Positions 1 through 8,585 of a DNA stretch of 64,000 nucleotides are shown piece by piece. Positions within the stretch are counted from its first letter, which is position 1, and every line of letters begins with the position of its first letter. The notes beneath the pieces were generated by a model. The model worked only from the letters and a program-made list of their open reading frames with translations. It ran no database searches and was not told the origin of the DNA. Where the stretch lies: positions 1 through 64,000 of IMG/VR virus record IMGVR_UViG_2706796742_000001; one strand, written 5' to 3'. Source of the DNA: a virus. Taxonomy: Duplodnaviria > Heunggongvirae > Uroviricota > Caudoviricetes. The position numbers and the translations under genes are program-made.

Positions 1-2292
1 ATGACACCTGAAATGTTCAGCCTTTTGAGTTCTGGTGTATATACCTTTAAAGAAAGGGCAGTGATTCGTGAACTGTCATGTAACGCAGTAGATGCTCAGA
101 AAGAAGCTGGAAAAGAGAACATCCCGTTCCATGTGCATTTACCTACTCGTTTTGAGCCTTACTTTGAAGTTCGTGATTTTGGAACTGGATTGACTCATGA
201 TAAAGTTATGAGTTTGTATCTAAACTATGGGGCTTCTACGAAGAATGACTCTAATGACTACATTGGTGCAATGGGTATCGGTTCAAAATCTCCATTTGCA
301 ATTGCTCAGTCATTCACAGTATCTAGCTATGTTGATGGTGTTGTTAATAAGTACTCTGTTTACCTTGAGAATGGTATCCCTCAAGTAACTAAGCTGACCA
401 CCAACCCAACAAAAGAGCCTAATGGTTTAGCTGTACGTGTAGCAGTTGCTGACCATCGTATTTCAAAGTTCTTTGAAGAGGCTGGTAATGTATACTCATA
501 CTTTGCTGTAAAACCAGAAAGTAATATCGAGTATGACGATGTGTTAGCAGACATGAATGTCATTGCCCGTGAAGAAGGTGTTTATGATGCCATGATTCAC
601 AAACAAAGCTGGCGTTCTAGTGGCAACAGGACAGAGTTTAATGTGGTGATGGGTAACATTGCCTACCCAGTTAACATGGAAGCATTACTTGGTGATGATT
701 TCTTCAAAGTCTTGCCAGAGTTTTTCCGTAGGAGCGTAGACCTTGTAAACATCTACATGCCTATTGGTTCAGTTGCTATTGCAGCTTCTCGTGAAGCATT
801 GCAGATGAATGACACGACAAAAAATGTTATCATCGAGGCTACTAAAAAGATAACTGAAGCAATTACAAAGGATGTTATCAAGAAAGTTAATAGTCAACCT
901 ACACTCATGGATGCTGCACAGGCTTATGCTGAGTTACGCTTGAACTCACGAGAGATGTTTAATGCTGTGTGTCCAAAGCTAGAGTGGGGAGGCGTTAAGC
1001 TTGATTCTCTGGAAGAAGAATTACTAAACATTCGTCGTGGAATTATCTACGCAGAAGACGGCTCAGTTATCTATGAACGTGATGGTAAAGGTAATATTAA
1101 GGTTGATAGGAACGGAAACAATATCCCTAAAGTAGATTATCTTTATAATCCAGTTGCTTATGTTAAGTTCAACTCTTTAGAAAGTAAGATTCGTGCAACA
1201 GCACTTTCCTACACTCAAGAGGCAAGTATGTTCAATATCTTTGGCGCAATGCGTAAAAGCCAAATTGAACAGTTTTTGTTTGTTATCAATGACCGTCGCA
1301 ATAAAAACGGTACTGAGAAGACTGTAGGACGCAACCAAATCTTACGTGGTGCATGTCGAGACTATGCCAGTGAGTCAAGTCTGTTTCACAGATATAATGG
1401 TATTGTCTTTGTATTCTCTAATGAGGAAGAGCTAGACGACTTAATCAATCTGCACAAACTTGATAAAAGCTTGTTAAAGATTGTGAAGATGTCTGATAAG
1501 GAACATCATTATCAGCGTAAAGAAGCTGTAAGAGGTGTTGTAAAACTCTGGAAAGCTGTTCCAGCAGAAGGTGTAGCTTCATACAAAGAGGTGTCAGAAG
1601 ACTTAGATACAATTGAAGAGCCTCAGCTTTATATTAAGGCAGTAGGTGACACAGTTGATGGCGAATGTTTTTGCTCATCTCCAGAAGATGTAGCTAAGTC
1701 AGTTGCCAATGTCATTGAAAAGACAGTCTATGTTTTCCGAAAAGCAAATTGGAAAAAGATACCAGAAGACTGGATTGAAGTAGATGAGAAGCTCTTGAAC
1801 GACAGCTTAACTGATGTTCACTGGATTAATCATAACAGGTATATGACACGTATCTATATGAATGGTGTCCTTGACCTTACAAGCAGTTGGATTATTGCCA
1901 GAAACTTTACGTTCAATAACAGGAAGATTTCTCGTGGCTATTGCTATTCACGAGACACAAACAAAACTATCTTCTTAGAAGGTAATGAAGATGCTGTTGA
2001 GGCAATGTTTGGTAAAATCCAATACGTTGCTGCACCGTTTGCATACACTTACACTGTTAGTCGGTTGCAAACTTTGAAAGAATGTCTTGATAACGATACA
2101 AAGCTGTACAAGAAAATCAAAAAAGCTGGTGACCGTATGGTCATTAAGGTGACAAACTACCTTTCAAAAAGAAAACAAGAAAACTTCTTGCTTTCTCATT
2201 TAGATTGGAATAAAGTGTCACCCATCGAAGTGAGTAAGTTCTTGGGCTTTGATGTGAAGTGTGTTCCAGAAGGGACTACAATTTACGATTAA
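1..2292 (+). CDS. rIIA: rIIA-like protein with GHKL/HATPase-type ATP-binding N-terminus; true start may lie upstream of the window
   Basis: 763-aa ORF starting at the window edge; N-box-like ELSCNAVDA and G-box-like DFGTGL near the N-terminus; followed by a second large ORF as in rIIA-rIIB pairs. Confidence 0.5.
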   Translation: MTPEMFSLLSSGVYTFKERAVIRELSCNAVDAQKEAGKENIPFHVHLPTRFEPYFEVRDFGTGLTHDKVMSLYLNYGASTKNDSNDYIGAMGIGSKSPFAIAQSFTVSSYVDGVVNKYSVYLENGIPQVTKLTTNPTKEPNGLAVRVAVADHRISKFFEEAGNVYSYFAVKPESNIEYDDVLADMNVIAREEGVYDAMIHKQSWRSSGNRTEFNVVMGNIAYPVNMEALLGDDFFKVLPEFFRRSVDLVNIYMPIGSVAIAASREALQMNDTTKNVIIEATKKITEAITKDVIKKVNSQPTLMDAAQAYAELRLNSREMFNAVCPKLEWGGVKLDSLEEELLNIRRGIIYAEDGSVIYERDGKGNIKVDRNGNNIPKVDYLYNPVAYVKFNSLESKIRATALSYTQEASMFNIFGAMRKSQIEQFLFVINDRRNKNGTEKTVGRNQILRGACRDYASESSLFHRYNGIVFVFSNEEELDDLINLHKLDKSLLKIVKMSDKEHHYQRKEAVRGVVKLWKAVPAEGVASYKEVSEDLDTIEEPQLYIKAVGDTVDGECFCSSPEDVAKSVANVIEKTVYVFRKANWKKIPEDWIEVDEKLLNDSLTDVHWINHNRYMTRIYMNGVLDLTSSWIIARNFTFNNRKISRGYCYSRDTNKTIFLEGNEDAVEAMFGKIQYVAAPFAYTYTVSRLQTLKECLDNDTKLYKKIKKAGDRMVIKVTNYLSKRKQENFLLSHLDWNKVSPIEVSKFLGFDVKCVPEGTTIYD

Positions 2293-2297
2293 AGTGT

Positions 2298-2327
2298 TTG
2301 ACAAGGGGCTTCAAAGCCCCTTAGAAT
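2298..2327 (+). promoter_or_regulatory. sigma70-like promoter with palindromic spacer
   Basis: TTGACA-N18-TAGAAT; spacer contains hairpin GGGGCTTCAAAGCCCC. Confidence 0.4.
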
Positions 2328-2371
2328 AGCCTTACAAAATGATTTATTAACTAACAAGAGAGAGTAATAAG

Positions 2372-3481
2372 ATGACTACTAAAACTAAAGCACAGATTGA
2401 CGCAGAAATCTACAAACTGGTTAAAGAAGGTAAGCTGACTAAAACAGCTATTGCACAGAAGTTCAATACTTCAACCCGTTCAGTTGGTCGTGCTGTAGAG
2501 CGTCATGAAGCAACCTTAAAAGGTAAGAAAAAGGTAGCTTCTAAACCAGCTAAGAAGACTTTGAAGCAAGTTGCTAAGTCAGTTAAAAAGAAAGCTGGCA
2601 AACCAGTTGAAAAGGTTGTTAAAGAGGCTGTACAAAAGGCTCCGGTAAATAAACTACACGAAGCTATGCAGAATGGTGACCGGATTGAGTATATGATTAC
2701 TGGCGATTCTGTTATCATGACTTTCGGTGCAGATTCTGAAATCGTTGAATCTACCCATCCGAACTACAAAGAAATCGTAATGGCTGTTGTAGGTGGTGAG
2801 TACAAGAAAGCTTTCGAACTGATGAACATTCGTAAGTCTATCGAAAACTTCACTCAGGGTGCTATCACAATCAAAGGTGATAAGTTATTCTACGGTGCTG
2901 TTGAAATGCGTTCTACTCTGGTTGACCGTATCCTTCACATGATGAAGACTGGCGATAAAGGTTTTGAACGACTTGTAATGTTCTTCGAAAAACTGATGGA
3001 AAACCCATCTAAAGACTCTGTAGAACAACTTTGGGGGTTTGTATCTCACCTTGATGTTGAAATTGATGAAGAAGGCTACATCATTGGTTGGAAGAAAGTC
3101 TCTACTCGTGAAGGTAAGCTGGTTGACTCCCACACCCACAGAGTACCTAATGATTTGGGTAACATTGTAGAAATGCCACGTTGGATGGTTGATAACAACC
3201 GTAACGTAACTTGTTCTCAAGGTCTTCATGTTGGTGCTTGGGATTATGTTCGTTACTTCTCAGGTGATACCATCCTGAAGGTTCGTGTCCATCCACGAGA
3301 TGTTGTATCTGTTCCAACTGATTACAACGATATGAAGATGCGTTCATCCCGTTATGAAGTTGCAGCAATCGTTGATAATCAACGTAAAGTGCTGAAAGTA
3401 TGGGATGGTAAGACTGAAGCTTTGCATGTCATCGTTGGCACTGCTGGAGAACTCATCTCCCAACGTAAACGTGAAATCTAA
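2372..3481 (+). CDS. putative rIIB-like protein (by position after rIIA-like gene); basic Lys-rich linker
   Basis: 369-aa ORF directly downstream of the rIIA-like ORF; preceded by a TTGACA-N18-TAGAAT element and followed by a hairpin plus T-run. Confidence 0.35.
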   Translation: MTTKTKAQIDAEIYKLVKEGKLTKTAIAQKFNTSTRSVGRAVERHEATLKGKKKVASKPAKKTLKQVAKSVKKKAGKPVEKVVKEAVQKAPVNKLHEAMQNGDRIEYMITGDSVIMTFGADSEIVESTHPNYKEIVMAVVGGEYKKAFELMNIRKSIENFTQGAITIKGDKLFYGAVEMRSTLVDRILHMMKTGDKGFERLVMFFEKLMENPSKDSVEQLWGFVSHLDVEIDEEGYIIGWKKVSTREGKLVDSHTHRVPNDLGNIVEMPRWMVDNNRNVTCSQGLHVGAWDYVRYFSGDTILKVRVHPRDVVSVPTDYNDMKMRSSRYEVAAIVDNQRKVLKVWDGKTEALHVIVGTAGELISQRKREI

Positions 3482-3497
3482 TAAGTAATTTCTTAAA

Positions 3498-3522
3498 AGG
3501 CTGCTTCGGCGGCCTTTTTTAT
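3498..3522 (+). terminator. rho-independent terminator
   Basis: Hairpin AGGCTGC-TTCG-GCGGCCT followed by TTTTTT. Confidence 0.6.
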
Positions 3523-3581
3523 TTGTATTTTGTGCAGAGTGCTGTATAATTGTGGTCACGATAAACTAAACAGGAGAACCA

Positions 3582-4130
3582 ATGAAGAAGTTGATTCTAG
3601 GTTTGTGCTTAATGTTTACAGCACACTTATCTTATGCAGTTGACTGCCCAGAGCTATCAATTAGCCAAAAAGTAAACATGTTAAAAGCTTACCAGTATGG
3701 TGAGAATAATATGGGCAAAGGCTGGGGTATTACTCTAGCTGCTATAGCCTTACAAGAGTCAGAGTTAGGTCTGAATATGGAGAATAAAAAGACCCATGAC
3801 TATGGTATCTTCCAGAATCACTTGAAGACTGTTGTAAAGCGTAACAAAATTAGTCCTAATGTAGCTAAAAAGAAACTCTTAAAAGATTTTGACTATGCTG
3901 CAAAGGAAACACACAAAGAGCTTGAGTTTTGGACGAAGGTACATGGTCACCCAAAGTCAAAGAAGACTTTACAAAAAGTTTTAGCGTCATATAATGCTGG
4001 GTATTCGTACAAAATCCCTAAAGCTAAGAAATACTCTCAAGATGTCTACAACAATATGAAAGTTATTGCTCAATGTGAATTTGCAACAAACATTTCTAAG
4101 GTAAACCATGAAAAAATTAAGAAGGTTTGA
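3582..4130 (+). CDS. secreted lytic-transglycosylase-like (SLT-domain) protein
   Basis: N-terminal signal peptide MKKLILGLCLMFTAHLSYA; catalytic-Glu-like motif LQESELG and SLT-like YNAGYSY motif; RBS caggag upstream. Confidence 0.5.
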   Translation: MKKLILGLCLMFTAHLSYAVDCPELSISQKVNMLKAYQYGENNMGKGWGITLAAIALQESELGLNMENKKTHDYGIFQNHLKTVVKRNKISPNVAKKKLLKDFDYAAKETHKELEFWTKVHGHPKSKKTLQKVLASYNAGYSYKIPKAKKYSQDVYNNMKVIAQCEFATNISKVNHEKIKKV

Positions 4131-4803
4131 TGAAGTACTGTGTCATGCTTATGACTTACATCCTCATGAGTTAGGTCTTGATTCCTGTGTATGGACCCCA
4201 GAACAGTGCAGAGATTTTGAAGATACTGCAAGAGAGGTTGTATGTTCACTTGAAGAGTTCCACACATCAGAATCAATTGTGAACGTTGTGGACAAAGAGA
4301 CTGGACAATCTATAGGTGTAAGACGTGACAGTTTAGTCATAGTCAATAAAGACCTTGTAGAAAAAGGTAACCTCATCCTAGCAGATATTGATGGTGTTCT
4401 TACAAATTTTAATCACGAAGATTACTCAACAGAGTTGACTGACGGGTCATTTTCACAGTACACTAATCTTCTTGACTCTGTAAGAGCAAAACCAACATAT
4501 ATTTTCAATATCATTGATGCAATTGCTAATCATGCTGCTATCGGACTCTTGACAGCAAGAGGTGAAACTCAGAGAATACCTACTGAGATGTTCTTGAGGC
4601 ACAATATAGAACATGATTACATGCTTTTTATGCGTGGTTTTGGGACTAATTCTTTAAGTGCAGAAAGTTTAAAAGTCAGGATGATTCAGTCTTGCATTCT
4701 TCCTTACTTTAATATAGTATGTTTTATAGAAGATACAGAGAAGAATGTTCAGAAGGTTAACAGAATCCTTCCACACATCAAAACCATGTTAGTTAAACAT
4801 TGA
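4108..4803 (+). CDS. HAD-superfamily phosphatase-like protein (nucleotidase or polynucleotide 3'-phosphatase type)
   Basis: HAD motif I ILADIDGVLT, later GLLTARGE and FIEDTEKN acidic motif; overlaps upstream ORF by 23 nt. Confidence 0.45.
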   Translation: MKKLRRFDEVLCHAYDLHPHELGLDSCVWTPEQCRDFEDTAREVVCSLEEFHTSESIVNVVDKETGQSIGVRRDSLVIVNKDLVEKGNLILADIDGVLTNFNHEDYSTELTDGSFSQYTNLLDSVRAKPTYIFNIIDAIANHAAIGLLTARGETQRIPTEMFLRHNIEHDYMLFMRGFGTNSLSAESLKVRMIQSCILPYFNIVCFIEDTEKNVQKVNRILPHIKTMLVKH

Positions 4804-4813
4804 GAGAAAACTT

Positions 4814-5278
4814 ATGAACAATATCATTACGGTAGCACTGGACGTTACGGAAAACAAATCTGAAGTAGTTCGTAACATTATCAAGAGCAACTTTGAGGGT
4901 AAAATCTTCCGTGCTGTCAATGTAAAAGCAGACGGTAATATCCGAGAGTATCGTGCTCTTCTGAATGTTAAGAAACACGTCAAAGGTGCTGGTTCAACGA
5001 CTGCACACAAAGAAAACCTGATGACTATCTATGATATGGGCATGGCTTCAGAGTTAGGTGCTGAAGGTATCGTTAAAGAAGGTGCTCCGTATCGCTCTTT
5101 CAATCTGGAAACTGCTCTTATGCTTTCCTTTACAAGTGGTTCTAAAACAACTACTTATCTCTTTACTGATGCTGCAACGGTATCTGCTATTAAGGATAGC
5201 ACTGTCAAAGCTGGGGTAGCTGCTGCTGCAAAAGCTTCTTCGATGGCTGCAAATGTCCTTGCTAAAGTCCTCAGTTAA
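4814..5278 (+). CDS. hypothetical protein
   Basis: 154-aa ORF with RBS; followed by GGCTCCTTCGGGAGCC hairpin plus T-run. Confidence 0.5.
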   Translation: MNNIITVALDVTENKSEVVRNIIKSNFEGKIFRAVNVKADGNIREYRALLNVKKHVKGAGSTTAHKENLMTIYDMGMASELGAEGIVKEGAPYRSFNLETALMLSFTSGSKTTTYLFTDAATVSAIKDSTVKAGVAAAAKASSMAANVLAKVLS

Positions 5279-5290
5279 GGTTAAGATACA

Positions 5291-5312
5291 GGCTCCTTCG
5301 GGAGCCTTTTTA
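5291..5312 (+). terminator. rho-independent terminator
   Basis: GGCTCC-TTCG-GGAGCC followed by TTTTT. Confidence 0.65.
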
Positions 5313-5329
5313 AATTTCAAGGAGTATTA

Positions 5330-6214
5330 ATGAAGCCGATGTTCAAATATCTTGGTGGTAAAACAAGAATATTAAAAGAGTATGAGCGTTTAGGTGTCTT
5401 TCCAGACAACTGTAAAAACTTCTATGACCTGTTTTCAGGTGGTGGTTCAGTAGCTATCTGGGCTTATAACAGATACCCAGAGGCAAAAGTGTTTATTAAT
5501 GAGATAAATAAACATATTATAGGTCTTTACACAACTTTCAGAAATGACTATGAAAACTTCATGGAAGAGTTTGAGTACTTATCAAAGAGGTACTTAGCCT
5601 TACCTATGCAGGAAGAGTATGCCGTGAAAGGCCAGCGTCATAACCGTCTACGCTATAAGATGTATTACAGTGTAAGAGAGGAACTTCTTTTGCTTGGTGA
5701 AGAAGGAGCATATGACTACAGGTACTATGCCAGACAGTTTTTCCTTCAAAAATTAAGTTTTGGTGGTGTATGGCAGACTACTAAAGAGATGAAAGGTCAC
5801 TATGCAACACCTTGTGGGTATTTGCTGGAAGAAGAGATTTTCTTCACAAAAACTAAAGAATCACTATCCGAGTTTTACAGTTTTATCACCGATGAAAGGG
5901 TAATACTTAGCAGTGAACCTTATGACAGGGTTGACATAAAACATGGAGAAGGCACAGTTATTTACTGTGACCCCCCATATATCAACACCAACCAGAAATA
6001 TGGTGCAAAGTTTGATATTGAGATGTCTGTAAAATTATGCAAAGATATGATTTCTTGGGGGGAGTTAGGCTCTAAAGTTTTGATGTCAAACTCTCAGTGG
6101 GATGGATGGGCAAACCTAATTCCTGAAAATTTTAACTTGACAGAGGTTAGCCATTCATACACAATACATGCACAGAGAAGCAAAGATATTAACGAAGTAA
6201 TTATTCACAACTAA
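5330..6214 (+). CDS. dam: DNA N6-adenine methyltransferase, Dam family
   Basis: Dam-like N-terminus FKYLGGK, SAM-binding DLFSGGGS, catalytic DPPY motif. Confidence 0.7.
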   Translation: MKPMFKYLGGKTRILKEYERLGVFPDNCKNFYDLFSGGGSVAIWAYNRYPEAKVFINEINKHIIGLYTTFRNDYENFMEEFEYLSKRYLALPMQEEYAVKGQRHNRLRYKMYYSVREELLLLGEEGAYDYRYYARQFFLQKLSFGGVWQTTKEMKGHYATPCGYLLEEEIFFTKTKESLSEFYSFITDERVILSSEPYDRVDIKHGEGTVIYCDPPYINTNQKYGAKFDIEMSVKLCKDMISWGELGSKVLMSNSQWDGWANLIPENFNLTEVSHSYTIHAQRSKDINEVIIHN

Positions 6215-6225
6215 GGTATCAAGTT

Positions 6226-7038
6226 ATGGCAAACAGCATCAATGTAGCACTGAATGGTAAGGTTGTTAAAATTCACACTAAGATTATCAGTGTCGAGGAT
6301 TTCCTTAATGAAAAACGTTACAAAGAAAACCCTCGTCAACGAAATACACTTAAGCGTCTGAAAAGCAAACACCTTAATGGTGACGTATCACCAGACCAAA
6401 CAGTAGTCCATGTGGCTAAGTTCGGTAGTTCACTGTTCATCATTGATGGTCACTCACGTCGAGAGGCATGGAAAGTTGGTAACCTGACACGACCAGAAAA
6501 CTTGATTGCAGTTATATACCATGTGAACTCCATATTGGATGTCACAGATTTGTACACTCATTTTGACTCTGAGTTAGCAAGAGAAAAACCTTCAGAAGTT
6601 TATTACGGAAATATGAAGATGATTTCTTTCAACCCAGAGTCAGAACTGATGAAAGCATCTTGGGCAACTGCTATTAAGTATGTTGCTGCATACTACGGTG
6701 TACAACAGGTATCTAACACTGAAACAGTTAAATACCTTAATGACTTTAAAAATGAGCTGGAACAAATTGATTCTCTTGAAGTACAGCTTAAAGGTGTAGT
6801 AAACGCAAAACGGAAATATTCTTCTGGGATTCGCGCAGCAATGTTAATTACTCTACGCCTATATGGTGATGCTGCATTTTCCTTTTGGGAAGACTATAAT
6901 GACTACTGTGAAGGTATGTCTAACAAATATGTTACAGAGTTATACCAACTGGCATTACAAGCTGGTCGCGGAGCACAGGCTGATAAGTTGTTGATGAATC
7001 AAGTGATTTCACTTGTCAACTATTACAGTCAAGAATAA
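6226..7038 (+). CDS. ParB-like nuclease-domain protein
   Basis: ParB/DUF262-type motif IIDGHSRREAW in the N-terminal half; 270-aa ORF; terminator hairpin downstream. Confidence 0.45.
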   Translation: MANSINVALNGKVVKIHTKIISVEDFLNEKRYKENPRQRNTLKRLKSKHLNGDVSPDQTVVHVAKFGSSLFIIDGHSRREAWKVGNLTRPENLIAVIYHVNSILDVTDLYTHFDSELAREKPSEVYYGNMKMISFNPESELMKASWATAIKYVAAYYGVQQVSNTETVKYLNDFKNELEQIDSLEVQLKGVVNAKRKYSSGIRAAMLITLRLYGDAAFSFWEDYNDYCEGMSNKYVTELYQLALQAGRGAQADKLLMNQVISLVNYYSQE

Positions 7039-7044
7039 TACACA

Positions 7045-7066
7045 GGCTCCTTCGGGAGCCTTTTTC
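7045..7066 (+). terminator. rho-independent terminator (same hairpin as at 5291)
   Basis: GGCTCC-TTCG-GGAGCC followed by TTTTT. Confidence 0.65.
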
Positions 7067-7084
7067 ATTTCAGGAGGTTGTTAA

Positions 7085-7432
7085 ATGACATTTAAAGAGT
7101 TCTGTCAAGCTACTTTCATAATTGTTTTCTTAGTTGGGGCAGGTGTCTGGGGAGGATACTCCTACAGAGACTACCAAGTTGCTGAAGCTGAGCTAAATAA
7201 TGAGAAACTGATAAGTGTCGCTAAAGATGCTTATCAGGAAGGTTTAGTCACACTCAGCACTAATTACAAAAATGATTTGAAAGACGTGCTTGCTAAGAAT
7301 AAGCATACAAAAGAGGTACTAACATATGAAAAAACTAAGCCAGAGTTTTATAATGTTTGTGTTACTGATAATTATGTCAGGGTGTTCAACGAACAAAGTG
7401 AGCAGTACATTCAAAAACTCCCAAGTAAGTGA
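7085..7432 (+). CDS. i-spanin-like protein (N-terminal transmembrane helix, periplasmic helical domain)
   Basis: TM segment FIIVFLVGAGVWGGYSY near N-terminus; 3' end overlapped out of frame by a lipoprotein ORF. Confidence 0.4.
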   Translation: MTFKEFCQATFIIVFLVGAGVWGGYSYRDYQVAEAELNNEKLISVAKDAYQEGLVTLSTNYKNDLKDVLAKNKHTKEVLTYEKTKPEFYNVCVTDNYVRVFNEQSEQYIQKLPSK

Positions 7433-7595
7433 GAGTGACAAGTACACTCAAGAAGAATCAAGATTCACTGTCAAAGGCAACACTGGTAGTGATGTGGCAG
7501 CAGCCCTTGAGTTTTATCGTGATGGTTTTTACCAGTGCACAATCAAAGCTAATAACCTTATTGACATGATTTTATTAGGGAACAAACAGCAATGA
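7326..7595 (+). CDS. o-spanin-like outer-membrane lipoprotein
   Basis: Lipoprotein signal with lipobox IMSGC; RBS gagg upstream; starts inside the preceding ORF in a different frame. Confidence 0.4.
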   Translation: MKKLSQSFIMFVLLIIMSGCSTNKVSSTFKNSQVSESDKYTQEESRFTVKGNTGSDVAAALEFYRDGFYQCTIKANNLIDMILLGNKQQ

Positions 7596-7861
7596 CAGAG
7601 AACGAAGACACTTTCTATGTAGAAGGGTACTTACTGCTACCACGACCAAAAGAAACTTATATGCGTGTTGATTTCTCACCAACCATTATGGACAACGTGA
7701 TGTGTCATATCTTTATGCAAGGTGTCACAGCACAGCTTAAGCATGTTGGTAAAGAGTGCAAAATAAAGGTTGACACTCATCCAGAAATCAAAGAGAATCA
7801 CTACACATGGTTCTTACCAGACTCTAAAGAAATCTTAGCAGTTCTTAAAACGAGGAAGTAA
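7592..7861 (+). CDS. hypothetical protein
   Basis: 89-aa ORF, start overlaps previous stop. Confidence 0.45.
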   Translation: MTENEDTFYVEGYLLLPRPKETYMRVDFSPTIMDNVMCHIFMQGVTAQLKHVGKECKIKVDTHPEIKENHYTWFLPDSKEILAVLKTRK

Positions 7862-7863
7862 CT

Positions 7864-8190
7864 ATGCAGATTAATGGAAGAGACTTTGTAGCAGTTTACT
7901 ACGAGAAAGATAAAGAAGTTGGCGTAGCACAAATATCTTATGGTAATGGTAAGTGGTTGTATGGGACAATCGCAGTAGTCGGGACAAGGAGTGATACAAA
8001 AACTTTTAAAGATTGTGTTGACCTTCTTGAAGAATCCATCCACAATCGTTGGTGTCTGATATGGATGACTGACAACGAAGTGATAGAACGCTTCAAAAAG
8101 ATTGGTATCAACATTGATAGCATTGAGCATGTTGATTTATATGAGCTAACTGAGAAGGTAAACTATGAAAGTAATACTAGCCAGAGATAA
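7864..8190 (+). CDS. hypothetical protein
   Basis: 108-aa ORF, tightly packed. Confidence 0.45.
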   Translation: MQINGRDFVAVYYEKDKEVGVAQISYGNGKWLYGTIAVVGTRSDTKTFKDCVDLLEESIHNRWCLIWMTDNEVIERFKKIGINIDSIEHVDLYELTEKVNYESNTSQR

Positions 8191-8392
8191 AAAGACACGG
8201 AAAATTATCCGGTCAGCAGTATCTATTGGAAGAAATGAAGTGATTCCTTTTACAGCAAATGATGTGATAATCTACAGGAAAAAATTAGCATTCAGTTATT
8301 GCTTACGTGGCTTTATCTCCCAGCCATTGGAAGACTTTAAAAGTCGTTGTGGTAAAGGTATCATCATTCAAGAGGCAATTATCAATGGCTGA
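8165..8392 (+). CDS. hypothetical protein
   Basis: 75-aa ORF with aaggt RBS, overlaps neighbours. Confidence 0.35.
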   Translation: MKVILARDKKTRKIIRSAVSIGRNEVIPFTANDVIIYRKKLAFSYCLRGFISQPLEDFKSRCGKGIIIQEAIING

Positions 8393-8585
8393 CCTCTGCA
8401 AAGACTGTTCTATCGAAATGTTCGGACGTGATACAGGTGACTTAAAAGGTCTCATCACTGAGGATGATTTTAAAGCTGGCTATGCAATGCCAGTAATCTG
8501 TGAAGGTTGTGGATGTATCTGGGTAGACCACGAAGGACAACGTGTAAAACCTTCAGAAGATAAAGAATCTTGGGAGAGATGCTAA
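8385..8585 (+). CDS. small Cys-rich (zinc-ribbon-like) protein
   Basis: Internal start MADLCKDCS; paired CxxC motifs (CKDC, CEGCGC). Confidence 0.4.
   Translation: MADLCKDCSIEMFGRDTGDLKGLITEDDFKAGYAMPVICEGCGCIWVDHEGQRVKPSEDKESWERC

Noticed and set aside
2305-2320. Hairpin GGGGCTTCAAAGCCCC as the terminator of the rIIA-like gene
   Set aside because: No U-tract follows it; it sits inside the spacer of a promoter-like TTGACA...TAGAAT element and resembles the class-A cassette hairpins
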